Origin: Candidatus Omnitrophota bacterium
GTDB taxonomy: Bacteria > Omnitrophota > Omnitrophia > Omnitrophales > Aquincolibacteriaceae
Direction of reading: 5' to 3'
Assembly: GCA_903856085.1 (NCBI GenBank)
Contig: CAIOAT010000003.1
Location: forward strand, 64,318-128,317
Length of the DNA stretch: 64,000 nucleotides
A model generated the notes under the pieces. The model ran no database searches. It was not told the origin of the DNA and saw only the letters and a list, made by a program, of their open reading frames with translations. Made by a program: the position numbers and the translations under genes. This document shows, piece by piece, positions 25,693 through 35,826 of the stretch (the first letter of the stretch is position 1; each line of letters begins with the position of its first letter).

Positions 25693-25748
25693 CTTCTCCC
25701 GCGACGCCTCCGTCAGAACTCTCTGGGCTCCCGCTTATCCCGGAAGCC

Positions 25749-26489
25749 GTGAAAGAACACGATCCGCTTCACGTCAAGATCGCGGTCTATGACGGGCCGC
25801 TTGATCTTCTTCTAGACCTCATCCGGAAAAATGAGATGAATGTCTACGACATTCCGGTCGCGGAGATCACGCAGCAGTATTTGGATTATCTGAAAGTGAT
25901 GAAACAGCTGGACCTCGAGGTTGCGGGCGAATTCATCGTGATGGCCGCAACGCTCATCTATATCAAGTCTAAGATGCTGCTGCCCACGGATAAGGATGAG
26001 GAAGAAGGCGACGGCGAGGATCCGCGCGCGGAACTCGTGCGCAAACTACTCGAGTATCAGGCCTTCAAGGAAGCAGCCAAGGAACTCGGGCTGCTTCAGA
26101 CCGAACGCGGCAAGGTGTTCACGCGTCAGATCACGGATTATTATTTGGGAGAGCTGGATCCCGAGGACGTGGGCGTGGATACGTTCAGCGCGAATTTTTT
26201 CGATCTCATCGTTGCGTTCCAGAACGTGCTGGCAAAAAAAGAGCCCAAAAGTCAGCATGAGGTTTTTGAAGAAGTTATCTCGATCGAAGAAAAGATGATC
26301 CAGATCCAGGCTTATCTCGAAGAGAAAAAGAAGGTCTCGTTTAACGATCTTTTTTCGGAGCGCTGGACGAGGAACGAACTCATTGCGACGTTCCTGGCGA
26401 TCCTCGAACTTGTAAGGACACGTTTCGCCTGGGTGCGGCAGGATAAGCAGTTCGGCGAGATCGTCATTGAAAAACGGGAAGAGAATTAG
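25749..26489 (+). CDS. scpA: Segregation and condensation protein A (ScpA)
   Basis: Conserved start region VYDGPLDLLLDLIRKNEMNVYDIPVAEITQQYLDYL; track ORF starts at ATG 25575 inside trpS, so GTG 25749 (first in-frame start after trpS region) is preferred; start remains uncertain. Confidence 0.65.
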   Translation: MKEHDPLHVKIAVYDGPLDLLLDLIRKNEMNVYDIPVAEITQQYLDYLKVMKQLDLEVAGEFIVMAATLIYIKSKMLLPTDKDEEEGDGEDPRAELVRKLLEYQAFKEAAKELGLLQTERGKVFTRQITDYYLGELDPEDVGVDTFSANFFDLIVAFQNVLAKKEPKSQHEVFEEVISIEEKMIQIQAYLEEKKKVSFNDLFSERWTRNELIATFLAILELVRTRFAWVRQDKQFGEIVIEKREEN

Positions 26490-26596
26490 TATAAAAGGTA
26501 ACAGTCTGTTATTTAAGATCGGTCCATCGCTTAATCTTCCGACAGTGAAGAGATAAAATTTAACAGGAGAGGGTACGGGGAACGGAGAACGCTGAA

Positions 26597-26628
26597 CGTA
26601 AAAGCTTTTACGTTTCTCGATTTTAACT
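26597..26628 (+). terminator. Palindromic hairpin CGTAAAAGCTTTTACG followed by T-rich tract; part of a repeated intergenic element
   Basis: Perfect 16-nt palindrome 26597-26612 then tttctcgatttt; immediately downstream of scpA; AT-rich stem so terminator function is tentative. Confidence 0.3.
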
Positions 26629-26629
26629 T

Positions 26630-27508
26630 ATGAAAATGACTGCAGCGCAGGAACGGGAAAAGCAAGCCAAACTCAAGAGTTTGCGCAAGGAGCTGGATCA
26701 GGAGATCCAGGAGCAACTTGAGGAAAAGAATGCTCTCGAGGGTTTGACGGGGGCCCAAAAATTCCAGATTGAATCTTTGCGTGAAGAAGATCTTCAGGAT
26801 CCGAAGAAGGCCAAGCTTGTGGTGGAAGCCCTTATTTTTGCGTCTTCGAAGCCACTGACACCCGCCGAGATCCGCAAGGTCACGAAGGTTCTGAGCGTGG
26901 CTCAGATCGAGAAGATCGTGGCGGAGCTGAAAGAAGATTATCAAAAAACGGAACGTTGTTTCGAACTCTTGGAGATCGCGGGCGGGTATGAACTCTCGAC
27001 CCGGAGAGAATTTGCACCGTGGATCCTGAAGATCGAGTTGCAACGCAAAGCGCGTCAGGCGACGCAGTCGGCGCTTGAGACGCTGGCGATCCTGGCTTAC
27101 AAACAACCGCTTACGCGCGCCGAGATCGAGGCTTTGCGGGGGGTGGACACGAGCGGTGTGCTGAATACTCTTATGGAAAAGAATTTCATTAAGATCACGG
27201 GCAAGAAAGAAGTCCCCGGGAGACCGTTTATGTACGGAACGACGGAAAAATTCCTGGAACATTTTGGTCTCAAAGCGCTTGTGGACCTTCCGAGCATCGA
27301 TGAGATCCGTCAAATGGTGGATAGCTCCGTGAAGAAGGAAGAGTTGATCGGAACGAAGAAGATCGTGGACGTGCCTCAGGAGGGCGTGCCACAGGACCAA
27401 ACACAGCAGGACCTGTCGGAAGACAGGACGTCAACTTCTGAAGCCCCGGCAGAAGCGTCGCAGGCGACGGGAGAGGCGACACCCAGTGAGAGCGAGGAAA
27501 AACTTTAA
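26630..27508 (+). CDS. scpB: Segregation and condensation protein B (ScpB) with N-terminal coiled-coil and C-terminal acidic extensions
   Basis: Core KLVVEALIFASSKPLTPAEIRKV ... tandem winged-helix pattern; ~60-aa N-terminal K/E-rich extension and ~60-aa acidic C-terminal tail. Confidence 0.75.
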   Translation: MKMTAAQEREKQAKLKSLRKELDQEIQEQLEEKNALEGLTGAQKFQIESLREEDLQDPKKAKLVVEALIFASSKPLTPAEIRKVTKVLSVAQIEKIVAELKEDYQKTERCFELLEIAGGYELSTRREFAPWILKIELQRKARQATQSALETLAILAYKQPLTRAEIEALRGVDTSGVLNTLMEKNFIKITGKKEVPGRPFMYGTTEKFLEHFGLKALVDLPSIDEIRQMVDSSVKKEELIGTKKIVDVPQEGVPQDQTQQDLSEDRTSTSEAPAEASQATGEATPSESEEKL

Positions 27509-27509
27509 T

Positions 27510-28589
27510 ATGGACCTGAGCCAACTACGGAAGAAAATTGACGAACTGGACCAGAAGATCATCGGGCTTTTGAACGAGCGGACCGAGTTCGCGCGCGAAG
27601 TCGGCAAAAAAAAGACCGAGGCTGGCAAGGAGATCTACGCCCCCGAAAGAGAAAGTGAAATCTATCGGAAGATTGATGCCCTGGCGGGGAAGGGAGTTCT
27701 GCCGAAGGATGCCCTAAAATCCATTTACCGGGAGATTATGTCGGCGGCACTTGCCCTGGAAAAACCGCTCGCGATCGCCTATCTTGGGCCTGAAGCGACT
27801 TTTACGCATCTCGCGTCGCTTTCGAAATTCGGTTCGAGTGTGGAATACCGTTCTTGCGCGAGCATCGGTGAAGTTTTCCGAGAGGTCGAGCAGGGCCGTG
27901 CCGATTACGGTGTGATCCCGATCGAGAATTCGATTGAAGGCGCTGTGAGCCACACGTTGGATATGTTCATTGATTCGGATCTTAAGATCTGTTCGGAGAT
28001 TTATTTTGAGATCGCGCATAACTTGATGTCGAATGTTCAGAATATGAAGCAGATCAAGCGGGTATATTCTAAAGCCGAGGTCTTTGGTCAGTGTCGCATG
28101 TGGCTTGAGTCGCATCTTCACCACGCAGAGCTTATGGAGGCCTCGAGCACGGCCGCGGCGGCCAAGCGCGCGGCAGACGAAGATGGCGCGGCGGCGATCG
28201 GTTCGAAGCTCGCGGCGACGCTTTACAATCTGCCGATCCTGGCGGAAGGGGTCCAGGATTTTTCGAACAATGTGACCCGCTTTCTCGTGATCGCCAAACA
28301 GATCCCAGGCCGGACCAAGAACGACAAGACCTCCATCCTCGTCTCGATCCGCGACAAGGTTGGTGCTCTCTATGAGATGCTCTTGCCGATCAAAAAATAC
28401 CGCGTGAACATGACTAAGATCGAATCGCGTCCTTCCAAGAAAAAGGCGTGGGATTATTATTTTTACATCGATCTCGAGGGACATGTGCAAGACCCTTGTG
28501 TTCGGAAGATGCTCTCGGAGATGGAAAAGAAGGTCAAGTTCCTGAAAGTGCTGGGTTCCTATCCGACGGTGGGGAAAACGAAAGACTGA
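27510..28589 (+). CDS. pheA: Bifunctional chorismate mutase / prephenate dehydratase (PheA) with C-terminal ACT domain
   Basis: ATG 27510 (MDLSQLRKKIDELDQKIIGLLNERTEFAREVGKKK = chorismate mutase type II); PDT region with TRF, ESRP motifs; ACT domain. Confidence 0.85.
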   Translation: MDLSQLRKKIDELDQKIIGLLNERTEFAREVGKKKTEAGKEIYAPERESEIYRKIDALAGKGVLPKDALKSIYREIMSAALALEKPLAIAYLGPEATFTHLASLSKFGSSVEYRSCASIGEVFREVEQGRADYGVIPIENSIEGAVSHTLDMFIDSDLKICSEIYFEIAHNLMSNVQNMKQIKRVYSKAEVFGQCRMWLESHLHHAELMEASSTAAAAKRAADEDGAAAIGSKLAATLYNLPILAEGVQDFSNNVTRFLVIAKQIPGRTKNDKTSILVSIRDKVGALYEMLLPIKKYRVNMTKIESRPSKKKAWDYYFYIDLEGHVQDPCVRKMLSEMEKKVKFLKVLGSYPTVGKTKD

Positions 28590-28690
28590 CGCCGTGAACC
28601 ACGGGCCAAGGGCCGCGGAGGCCGAGGTTCGTGGGACATGGACCGAAGTTGTGCGAATTTTTTAGAACTGAAACTACGGTGAAGAACGAA

Positions 28691-29800
28691 ATGATCCCAT
28701 TCAAAAAACACATCCAGGATATCAAACCCTACGAACCCGGGAAGCCGATCAAGGAGCTTCAACGGGAGTATGGGATTCGCAATGTCATCAAGCTTGCCTC
28801 CAACGAGAATCCGCTTGGACCTTCGGGAAAGGCGATCAGCGCGATGCGTAAGGCGATCCGGGAAGTGCATCTCTATCCGGAAGGGAGCTGCCATTATCTT
28901 GTGACCCGTTTATCCAAGGAGTTGGATCTCGATCCGGCCCATCTCATTTTCGGGAACGGTTCCAACGAGATCATCGAGCTTTTGGCGCGCGGTTTTTTGT
29001 CAGAAGGCGATGAGGTTATTTCCTCAGAGATGACGTTCCTGGTCTACCCGATTCTTTCTCAGGTATGCGGTGCGAAGTTCAAGGCTGTGCCGATGAAGGC
29101 TTATCGCTACGATCTTGAGGGGATTCTCGAAGCGATCACGCCAAAGACCAAGCTCATTTTTATCGCGAATCCCAACAATCCGACCGGGACTTTCGTGACC
29201 GCGGGGGAAGTCGAAGATTTTCTTTCCAAAGTTCCCGATCACGTGGTCGTGTGTTTCGATGAAGCGTATGTGGATTTTGTGGACGCTGCAGATTTTCCGA
29301 AGATGCTGACTTATGTCAAGGACGGGCGGACGAATGTGGTGATCCTGAGGACTTTTTCCAAGGCGTATGGTCTTGCGGGGCTGCGTATCGGGTATGGTGC
29401 GGCATCCAAGGAGATGATCCAATATCTTCACAAGGTCCGCCAGCCGTTCAACGTGAACTCAGTCGCACAGGCCGCGGTCGTGGCGGCACTGGATGATTCG
29501 TTCTTTCTTTGGCGCACCAAATGGCTCGTGGTTCGCGGGCGGAAATTTTTCTGCCGTAAGCTCAAACAATTAGGACTGGAATACCTGCCCAGCCAGGCGA
29601 ATTTCATCCTTATTCATATGAAAACCGACGGCCAGGAGGTTTATCAGTACTTGCTGCGACAGGGCATGATCGTCCGGCCGATGAATTCCTACAAATTGCC
29701 GGACTGGATTCGTATCACGATCGGCCGTCGCAGTCAGAACGTGCAATTGATCAAATTGCTCAAAAGTTATTTGAGTAAAAATACAGCCAACAAGGAATAA
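28691..29800 (+). CDS. Histidinol-phosphate/aromatic aminotransferase (HisC family, class II aminotransferase)
   Basis: ATG 28691 (MIPFKKHIQDIKPYEPGKP); PLP-lysine region RTFSKAYGLAGLRIGY; within aromatic amino-acid gene block. Confidence 0.75.
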   Translation: MIPFKKHIQDIKPYEPGKPIKELQREYGIRNVIKLASNENPLGPSGKAISAMRKAIREVHLYPEGSCHYLVTRLSKELDLDPAHLIFGNGSNEIIELLARGFLSEGDEVISSEMTFLVYPILSQVCGAKFKAVPMKAYRYDLEGILEAITPKTKLIFIANPNNPTGTFVTAGEVEDFLSKVPDHVVVCFDEAYVDFVDAADFPKMLTYVKDGRTNVVILRTFSKAYGLAGLRIGYGAASKEMIQYLHKVRQPFNVNSVAQAAVVAALDDSFFLWRTKWLVVRGRKFFCRKLKQLGLEYLPSQANFILIHMKTDGQEVYQYLLRQGMIVRPMNSYKLPDWIRITIGRRSQNVQLIKLLKSYLSKNTANKE

Positions 29801-29865
29801 GGCTGCGGAGCAAAAGCTTTTATACCGTGCTCTGTGCGTCTTAATTATGAGGAGCCTGACTTAAA

Positions 29866-30882
29866 ATGATTATTGTTCTGAAGAAAACAGCAACGCCGCA
29901 AGAGCTCGAGCATATCTGTCAAAAGGTGCGGGAGCTCGGTCTTACGCCGCAGGTTTCGCGCGGTATTGAGCGCACCGTGATCGGCGTGATCGGGGATGAA
30001 GAAAAGCTCCATGTTCAACCGCTCGAAGTTTTCCCGGGCGTTGAGTCCGTCATGGCGATCTTGAAGCCCTACAAACTTGCGAGTCGTGATTATAAGGCTG
30101 AAAACACCGAATTCGATATGGGCAATGGGGTGAAAGTCGGCGGTAAAAAGATTGTTGTCATGGCCGGACCGTGTGCTGTGGAGAACTATGACATGCTTCT
30201 CGGCGTTGCGAAGGCTGTCAAGAAATCCGGCGCGACATTCCTTCGCGGGGGGGCGTTCAAGCCGCGCACGTCGCCTTATTCTTTCCAGGGACTCGGCGAG
30301 GAAGGTTTAAAATACTTGCGTCAAGCGGCGGATGAAGTGGGGCTTTTGGTGGTGACCGAGGTGATGGATACGCGCCAAGTGGAGCTCGTGTCGCAATATG
30401 CAGACATGCTTCAGATCGGGGCAAGAAATATGCAGAATTTCGATCTCCTCAAGGAATGCGGCATGACGAAAAAAGCGGTGCTCTTGAAACGGGGCTTGAG
30501 CGCCACGGTCAAAGATCTTTTGATGTCTGCCGAATACCTGCTTTCCAAGGGGAATTTCAAGGTCATGCTCGGTGAGCGTGGCATTCGCACGTTCGAGACA
30601 TCCACCCGCAATACGCTCGATCTGAATGCTATTCCCGTGCTCAAAAAAGAGACCCATTTACCGGTACTTGTGGACCCGTCGCATGGGACCGGGTTCCGTG
30701 ATTTCGTGGCCCCCATGGGTATGGCCGGGGTCGCGGCAGGATGCGATGGTCTGATGGTTGAAGTCCATCAGAATCCGGAGGAGGCAAAAAGCGACGGGGA
30801 ACAATCGGTGTTGCCGGAGCAATTTGACGAAATGATGAAAAAAGTCCGTCTTATTGCCCATGCGGTTGGAAGAGATATTTAA
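29866..30882 (+). CDS. 3-deoxy-7-phosphoheptulonate (DAHP) synthase, class I-beta with N-terminal regulatory domain
   Basis: 338 aa; KDO8P/DAHP-synthase I-beta core (GPCAVEN, KRG, DPSH) preceded by ~70-aa ferredoxin-like regulatory domain. Confidence 0.8.
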   Translation: MIIVLKKTATPQELEHICQKVRELGLTPQVSRGIERTVIGVIGDEEKLHVQPLEVFPGVESVMAILKPYKLASRDYKAENTEFDMGNGVKVGGKKIVVMAGPCAVENYDMLLGVAKAVKKSGATFLRGGAFKPRTSPYSFQGLGEEGLKYLRQAADEVGLLVVTEVMDTRQVELVSQYADMLQIGARNMQNFDLLKECGMTKKAVLLKRGLSATVKDLLMSAEYLLSKGNFKVMLGERGIRTFETSTRNTLDLNAIPVLKKETHLPVLVDPSHGTGFRDFVAPMGMAGVAAGCDGLMVEVHQNPEEAKSDGEQSVLPEQFDEMMKKVRLIAHAVGRDI

Positions 30883-30994
30883 TTGCCGGAAAACGACAAA
30901 CGTTGAACGGGGAACTTAAAATCTTTTGCGTTCAGCGTTTCCCGTTACCCGAGATCGTTTGAATGGTAAAATTAGGTATCATGAAGGTGAATTT

Positions 30995-31834
30995 ATGTTC
31001 AAAAAAATAGCGATCGTAGGGTTGGGTTTGATGGGTGGCTCATTGGCCGCGGCATGTCGGGAAAAATTTCCAAGTGCCCGGATCGTCGGGATCAGCCGCA
31101 GCAGCGAAGCTCTCGCGCTTGCCAAGAAAAAGAAATGGGTCCATGAAGCCACGCGGGAAGTGTTGTTCGGGGCGCATGGCGCGGATCTCGTGGTGCTTTG
31201 CACGCCCGTCGACACTTTCTTGCCTTACCTCAAGGCTATCGACAAAGTTTGTGCAAAAGGTGCTTTGGTCATGGATGTCGGAAGCGTCAAGACTTCTGTT
31301 CTGAAAGAAGTGAATTCGCGCTGTTGGAAGAATCTCTCGTTTGTCGGATGCCATCCCATGGTGGGTTCTCACAAGCGTGGGGTCCAGGCAGTCAATCCCG
31401 CGCTCTATAAAGGAGGTTTGGTGCTCTTGACGCGTGATCGGAAAACCTGTCCCCGCGTTTATAAACAGGCTAAGAATTTCTGGAAGTGCTTCACGCCCTC
31501 GATTTTGGAGATGAGCCCGGAAATGCATGACAAGCTCGTAGGAGAGGTCAGCCATCTGCCGCATGCCATCGCGGCTTGTCTGATGCACACCATATCGATG
31601 CCTGCGCTCAAAGTTGCTTCGACCGGTTTTCGTGACACTACGCGCATCGCGGCCGCCTCATCCTCGATTTGGCAGCCGATCTTTACTTCAAACCGCAAGG
31701 TCATGCTGAATATTCTATGCCGTTTCGAGCGAGAACTCCGGATATTCAAAAAGCTCCTTCAAGGCCAGGATCCCAAAAAACTGGCTCGGTTTCTGGATGC
31801 CGCACAAAAAAAAAGGCGGAATATTACGGGATAG
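30995..31834 (+). CDS. tyrA: Prephenate/arogenate dehydrogenase (TyrA)
   Basis: ATG 30995 with GAAGGTGA RBS; N-terminal Rossmann IAIVGLGLMGGSLA; catalytic HPM(V)G motif. Confidence 0.8.
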   Translation: MFKKIAIVGLGLMGGSLAAACREKFPSARIVGISRSSEALALAKKKKWVHEATREVLFGAHGADLVVLCTPVDTFLPYLKAIDKVCAKGALVMDVGSVKTSVLKEVNSRCWKNLSFVGCHPMVGSHKRGVQAVNPALYKGGLVLLTRDRKTCPRVYKQAKNFWKCFTPSILEMSPEMHDKLVGEVSHLPHAIAACLMHTISMPALKVASTGFRDTTRIAAASSSIWQPIFTSNRKVMLNILCRFERELRIFKKLLQGQDPKKLARFLDAAQKKRRNITG

Positions 31835-32058
31835 CGTCCTCGGGTAACGGTGAACACAATCCGCCTATCGGTCATCGTTTCACGCTTTCAGAGATTTTCT
31901 AAAAATCCTCTTCCCAAATCCGCAAGATGTGCTACACTCCCCTTGTTCGCATCGATTTCAGTTCCGGCTAACGCTGAACTGAGAGGGAAAAACGATGCGG
32001 ACCCCCATTTTCATGCAGTCCCAATGAGAAGGGGACTCTCAAGGAGGTTTTCCCTATT

Positions 32059-33621
32059 ATGCAATCCACGTTTTCAGAACTGTACGAGAAGTCTTTTCAG
32101 GATATTAAGATCGGTGAGGTCGTTAAAGGCACGGTGATCGCGGTCCACGAGCGCGACATTGTAGTCGATATCGCCTATAAGGCCGAAGGCATCCTATCCA
32201 AGGATGAATTCTCTCAACCCGAACTTCTGACAGTTGGGTCGGAGATCGAAGTGTTGTTCGAAGGTTTTAATGATGTGGAAGGCACGGCCATTCTTTCCAA
32301 GCGCAAGGCCGACCGCCAGAAGACATGGAATGATATTCTCTCCAATGCCACCGAAGGCGCCATTGTGGACGGACGCATTTCCCGTAAAGTGCGCGGCGGT
32401 TTCATGGTCGATATCGGCATGGAAGCCTTTCTGCCGGCGTCGCTTGTGGACATCAAGCCGGTTCGCAATCAGGACATGTTTATCGGTTTGCAGAGCAAGT
32501 TTCTCGTCGTAAAGATCAATCATAAACGCAAGAACGTCGTGGTTTCACGCAAGGACCTTCTTGAAAAAAGCCGCAACGAAGCCCGCACGGAAAAACTGAG
32601 CACCCTCAAGGTGGGTCAGGTCGTGAAGGGTAAAGTGAAGAACATCACGGATTTCGGCGTCTTCATCGACATCGGAAACCTCGATGGTCTTCTCCATATC
32701 ACGGATATGAGCTGGGGACGCATTTCGCATCCCTCGGACCTCGTGAAGATCGGTGATGACATCGAAGTTGTTGTCATCTCGATCGATCAAGTCAAACAGA
32801 AGATCTCCCTTGGTCTCAAGCAGAAGGGGACGGATCCCTGGGGCACGGTCGATCAGCGTTACGCGATCGGTAATCAGGTCCACGGCAAGGTCGTCAATAT
32901 TCTGCCTTACGGCGCTTTCGTGGAACTCGAGCCCGGAATTGAGGGGCTGGTCCACATTAGTGAGCTTTCCTGGACCAAGCGCGTCAATCACCCGAGTGAG
33001 ATCCTTTCGATCGGAATGGAACTGGATGTTGTGATTCTGAGCCTTGATACGGCCGCGAAGAAGATCTCGTTGGGTGCGAAACAAGCGCAGGAGAATCCCT
33101 GGACCACCGCTTCTGACAAGTTCCAAGTCGGCAGTCGCGTGACCGGGACCATCCGGAACCTCACCGATTACGGCGCGTTCATCGAACTCGAGCCTGGCAT
33201 CGAAGGGCTGTTGCATGTGTCCGATATTTCGTGGACCCACAAGGTCGCCAAACCCTCGGATGTCCTCAAAAAAGGGGATACTGCGGAAGTGATGATCCTT
33301 GCGGTCGACACCGATGCGAAGAAGATCTCGCTTGGCATGAAACAACTCTCAGATGATCCATGGACCGAACTCACCAAGAATTTCCTTACGGGTCTTGAGC
33401 TTCAGGGCAAGGTCACAAGAATCGTGAATTTTGGGGTTTTTGTGGAGTTGGACAACGGCCTCGAAGGACTGATTCATGTCTCCGAGATCCCGGATTGTTC
33501 TGCGCAGGATCTCGCGAAGCGTTTCAATGTGGGAGACACGCTCCGTTGCAGTATCCTGAACGTAGACCATGAAGGGCGCAAGATCGCGTTGAGCTGCAAG
33601 AGCGAGCCGGTCACGGCCTAA
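32059..33621 (+). CDS. rpsA: 30S ribosomal protein S1
   Basis: 520 aa; six consecutive S1 domains (repeated G.V.G.V....G.F(V)....GL.H.SE pattern). Confidence 0.85.
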   Translation: MQSTFSELYEKSFQDIKIGEVVKGTVIAVHERDIVVDIAYKAEGILSKDEFSQPELLTVGSEIEVLFEGFNDVEGTAILSKRKADRQKTWNDILSNATEGAIVDGRISRKVRGGFMVDIGMEAFLPASLVDIKPVRNQDMFIGLQSKFLVVKINHKRKNVVVSRKDLLEKSRNEARTEKLSTLKVGQVVKGKVKNITDFGVFIDIGNLDGLLHITDMSWGRISHPSDLVKIGDDIEVVVISIDQVKQKISLGLKQKGTDPWGTVDQRYAIGNQVHGKVVNILPYGAFVELEPGIEGLVHISELSWTKRVNHPSEILSIGMELDVVILSLDTAAKKISLGAKQAQENPWTTASDKFQVGSRVTGTIRNLTDYGAFIELEPGIEGLLHVSDISWTHKVAKPSDVLKKGDTAEVMILAVDTDAKKISLGMKQLSDDPWTELTKNFLTGLELQGKVTRIVNFGVFVELDNGLEGLIHVSEIPDCSAQDLAKRFNVGDTLRCSILNVDHEGRKIALSCKSEPVTA

Positions 33622-33635
33622 ATTACAATCGATCG

Positions 33636-34886
33636 ATGACGTCCCCCAGGAACCGCAGAGTCGTTATTACGGGCCTGGGGGTCGTCTCATCGGTCGGCTT
33701 CGGCAAAGAGGCCTTTTGGGATTCTATTTCCAAAGGTCGTAGCGGCGTTTCCAATATCACTGCATTTGATACCACCCAGTTCACCACTCATTTCGCCGGC
33801 GAGATCAAGAATTTCGATCCGTCTGCCTATATCCTTCCCAAAAAACTCAAGCGCATGGATCGTACAACACAGTTTGCGGTTGTGGCTTCCAAGATGGCCG
33901 TTGAGGACGCGAAGCTTGATCTTGAAGAACCCGGAGTCCGCGAGCGGACCGGCGTGATCATCGGCGCAGCTTTAGCGGGCGTGGGTTTTATTCTGGAACA
34001 ACATGAAGGGATGTTGAAAAAAGGTCCGATGCGAATCAACCCTTTTACGGCGCTCGCTTCTTTTCCGGACGCTTGTGCCGGAAATGTTTCCATCGAGTTG
34101 GGCGTGAAGGGTCCGAGTTTTTCTATCGCGACAGCCTGTTCTTCGGCGTCCGATGCTTGTGGTTATGCTTTTGACGCGATCCGGAGCGGTGACCTTGATT
34201 TCTTGATCATGGGCGGTGCCGAAGCGACGATCTTTCCTGGCATTGTGGCATCTTTTTGTGTGGCGCGCGCACTTTCAACCCGGAACGATCAACCCGAAAA
34301 AGCTTCACGTCCGTTCAGTATGGACCGCGATGGATTCGTCCTGGGGGAAGGGGCGGGGATGTTGGTGCTGGAAGAATATGAACATGCGAAAAAACGGGGA
34401 GCGCATATTTACGCGGAAATCCTCGGCCATGGCATGACCTGCGATGCGTATCACATGACGGCACCGGATCCGGAAGGGACCGAAGCGGCTCGTGCCATGC
34501 AGCTCGCGATGGAAAACGCAGGGGTCGATCCTAAAGAGATCGATTATATTAATGCTCATGGGACCTCAACGTCTTTGAACGATAAAACCGAAACCTTGGT
34601 TATCAAAAAAGTTTTTGGTCCCCGGGCTTATGAGATCCCCATCAGTTCCGTAAAATCCATGATCGGCCATCTGATCGGTGCGGCCGGCAGCGTGGAGCTC
34701 ATTGCGACGCTCCTTGCCATGGAACATCAGCTAATCCCTCCGACGATTAATTACAACTCCAAAGACCCCGAATGCGACCTGGACTATGTCCCCAATGTTG
34801 CCCGCAAGGCCAACATCCGGATTGCGATGAAGAATTCCTTCGGTTTCGGCGGCAAGAATTCCATTCTCATCCTCAAAAAAGTCTAA
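33636..34886 (+). CDS. fabF: 3-oxoacyl-[ACP] synthase II (FabF)
   Basis: 416 aa; active-site Cys (ATACSS), His-His (HGTST, GHLIGAAG) condensing-enzyme motifs. Confidence 0.85.
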   Translation: MTSPRNRRVVITGLGVVSSVGFGKEAFWDSISKGRSGVSNITAFDTTQFTTHFAGEIKNFDPSAYILPKKLKRMDRTTQFAVVASKMAVEDAKLDLEEPGVRERTGVIIGAALAGVGFILEQHEGMLKKGPMRINPFTALASFPDACAGNVSIELGVKGPSFSIATACSSASDACGYAFDAIRSGDLDFLIMGGAEATIFPGIVASFCVARALSTRNDQPEKASRPFSMDRDGFVLGEGAGMLVLEEYEHAKKRGAHIYAEILGHGMTCDAYHMTAPDPEGTEAARAMQLAMENAGVDPKEIDYINAHGTSTSLNDKTETLVIKKVFGPRAYEIPISSVKSMIGHLIGAAGSVELIATLLAMEHQLIPPTINYNSKDPECDLDYVPNVARKANIRIAMKNSFGFGGKNSILILKKV

Positions 34887-34974
34887 TGTTGTTACATCGT
34901 GTCGCGATGCACGGATCACGGTATTGGGTTCGATACAAGACGTTCCTTGTGGCCCTTGGCCCGCGGAACGTACT

Positions 34975-35826
34975 TTAGGCGAGCTCTTCTTCGATTTCTG
35001 CAGGACTCTCTTCGGTGTTGCGGTTCTTGCGGTGGGAAAGTGTTTCTACTGCGGAACCATCCAGGATGCCTCGCTTGGAGGCTTCGATGAACTCGACCAT
35101 ATGCGCGACCTCAGGGCTTTTGAAGGATTTCTTAATAGCCTCGAGTGCCTGGCTCACGTTCATGCCAGAACGGTAAAGTAGTTTGTAGACTTCCTTGATC
35201 TCAGCGCGCACTTGAGGTCCGATGCCGGCACGTCTCATGCCCACCACATTGATCCCTTGGGCGATGCCCGGGCGGCCGCCGCAGACCACATAAGGAGGGA
35301 TGTCCTTGTTGATGGCGGTCAGGGCGCTTACCATGGCGAGCGTACCAATGCGTGTGAATTGATGGAATCCTGTCATTCCTGAGAGGAATGCCCGGTCTTC
35401 GACCATGCAGTGGCCGGTGAGCGAGGCCTGGTTCACCATGATGATGTTGTTGCCGAGAAGGCAGTTATGCGCGATGTGGCAATAGGCCATGATGAAATTC
35501 TCATCACCAAGCGCAGTGGCCGTGCTTTCCTTGGTGCCGCGGTGGATGGTGACGAACTCCCTGATGACATTCTTCGAACCGATCTTGGTAAAGGTCGCTT
35601 GGCCCTGATAGGCGAGATCTTGGGGTTCATGACCAATCACGGCATTCATGTGGATTGCGTTGTAATTCCCAAGTTCGGTCCCGCGGGCGAGGTAAACGCC
35701 GGCCAGGATCTTGTTGTGGGAGCCGATCTTGACCCCGTCTTCGATGATGACGTTCGGGCCGATCGTGTTATTGACCCCGATCTCGACATGCTTTCCGATG
35801 ATGGCGCTAGAGTGGATCTCAGACAT
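34975..35826 (-). CDS. lpxA: Acyl-ACP--UDP-N-acetylglucosamine O-acyltransferase (LpxA)
   Basis: 283 aa; left-handed beta-helix hexapeptide repeats from N-terminus, LpxA-type C-terminal helical domain; indicates LPS biosynthesis. Confidence 0.8.
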   Translation of the reverse strand: MSEIHSSAIIGKHVEIGVNNTIGPNVIIEDGVKIGSHNKILAGVYLARGTELGNYNAIHMNAVIGHEPQDLAYQGQATFTKIGSKNVIREFVTIHRGTKESTATALGDENFIMAYCHIAHNCLLGNNIIMVNQASLTGHCMVEDRAFLSGMTGFHQFTRIGTLAMVSALTAINKDIPPYVVCGGRPGIAQGINVVGMRRAGIGPQVRAEIKEVYKLLYRSGMNVSQALEAIKKSFKSPEVAHMVEFIEASKRGILDGSAVETLSHRKNRNTEESPAEIEEELA

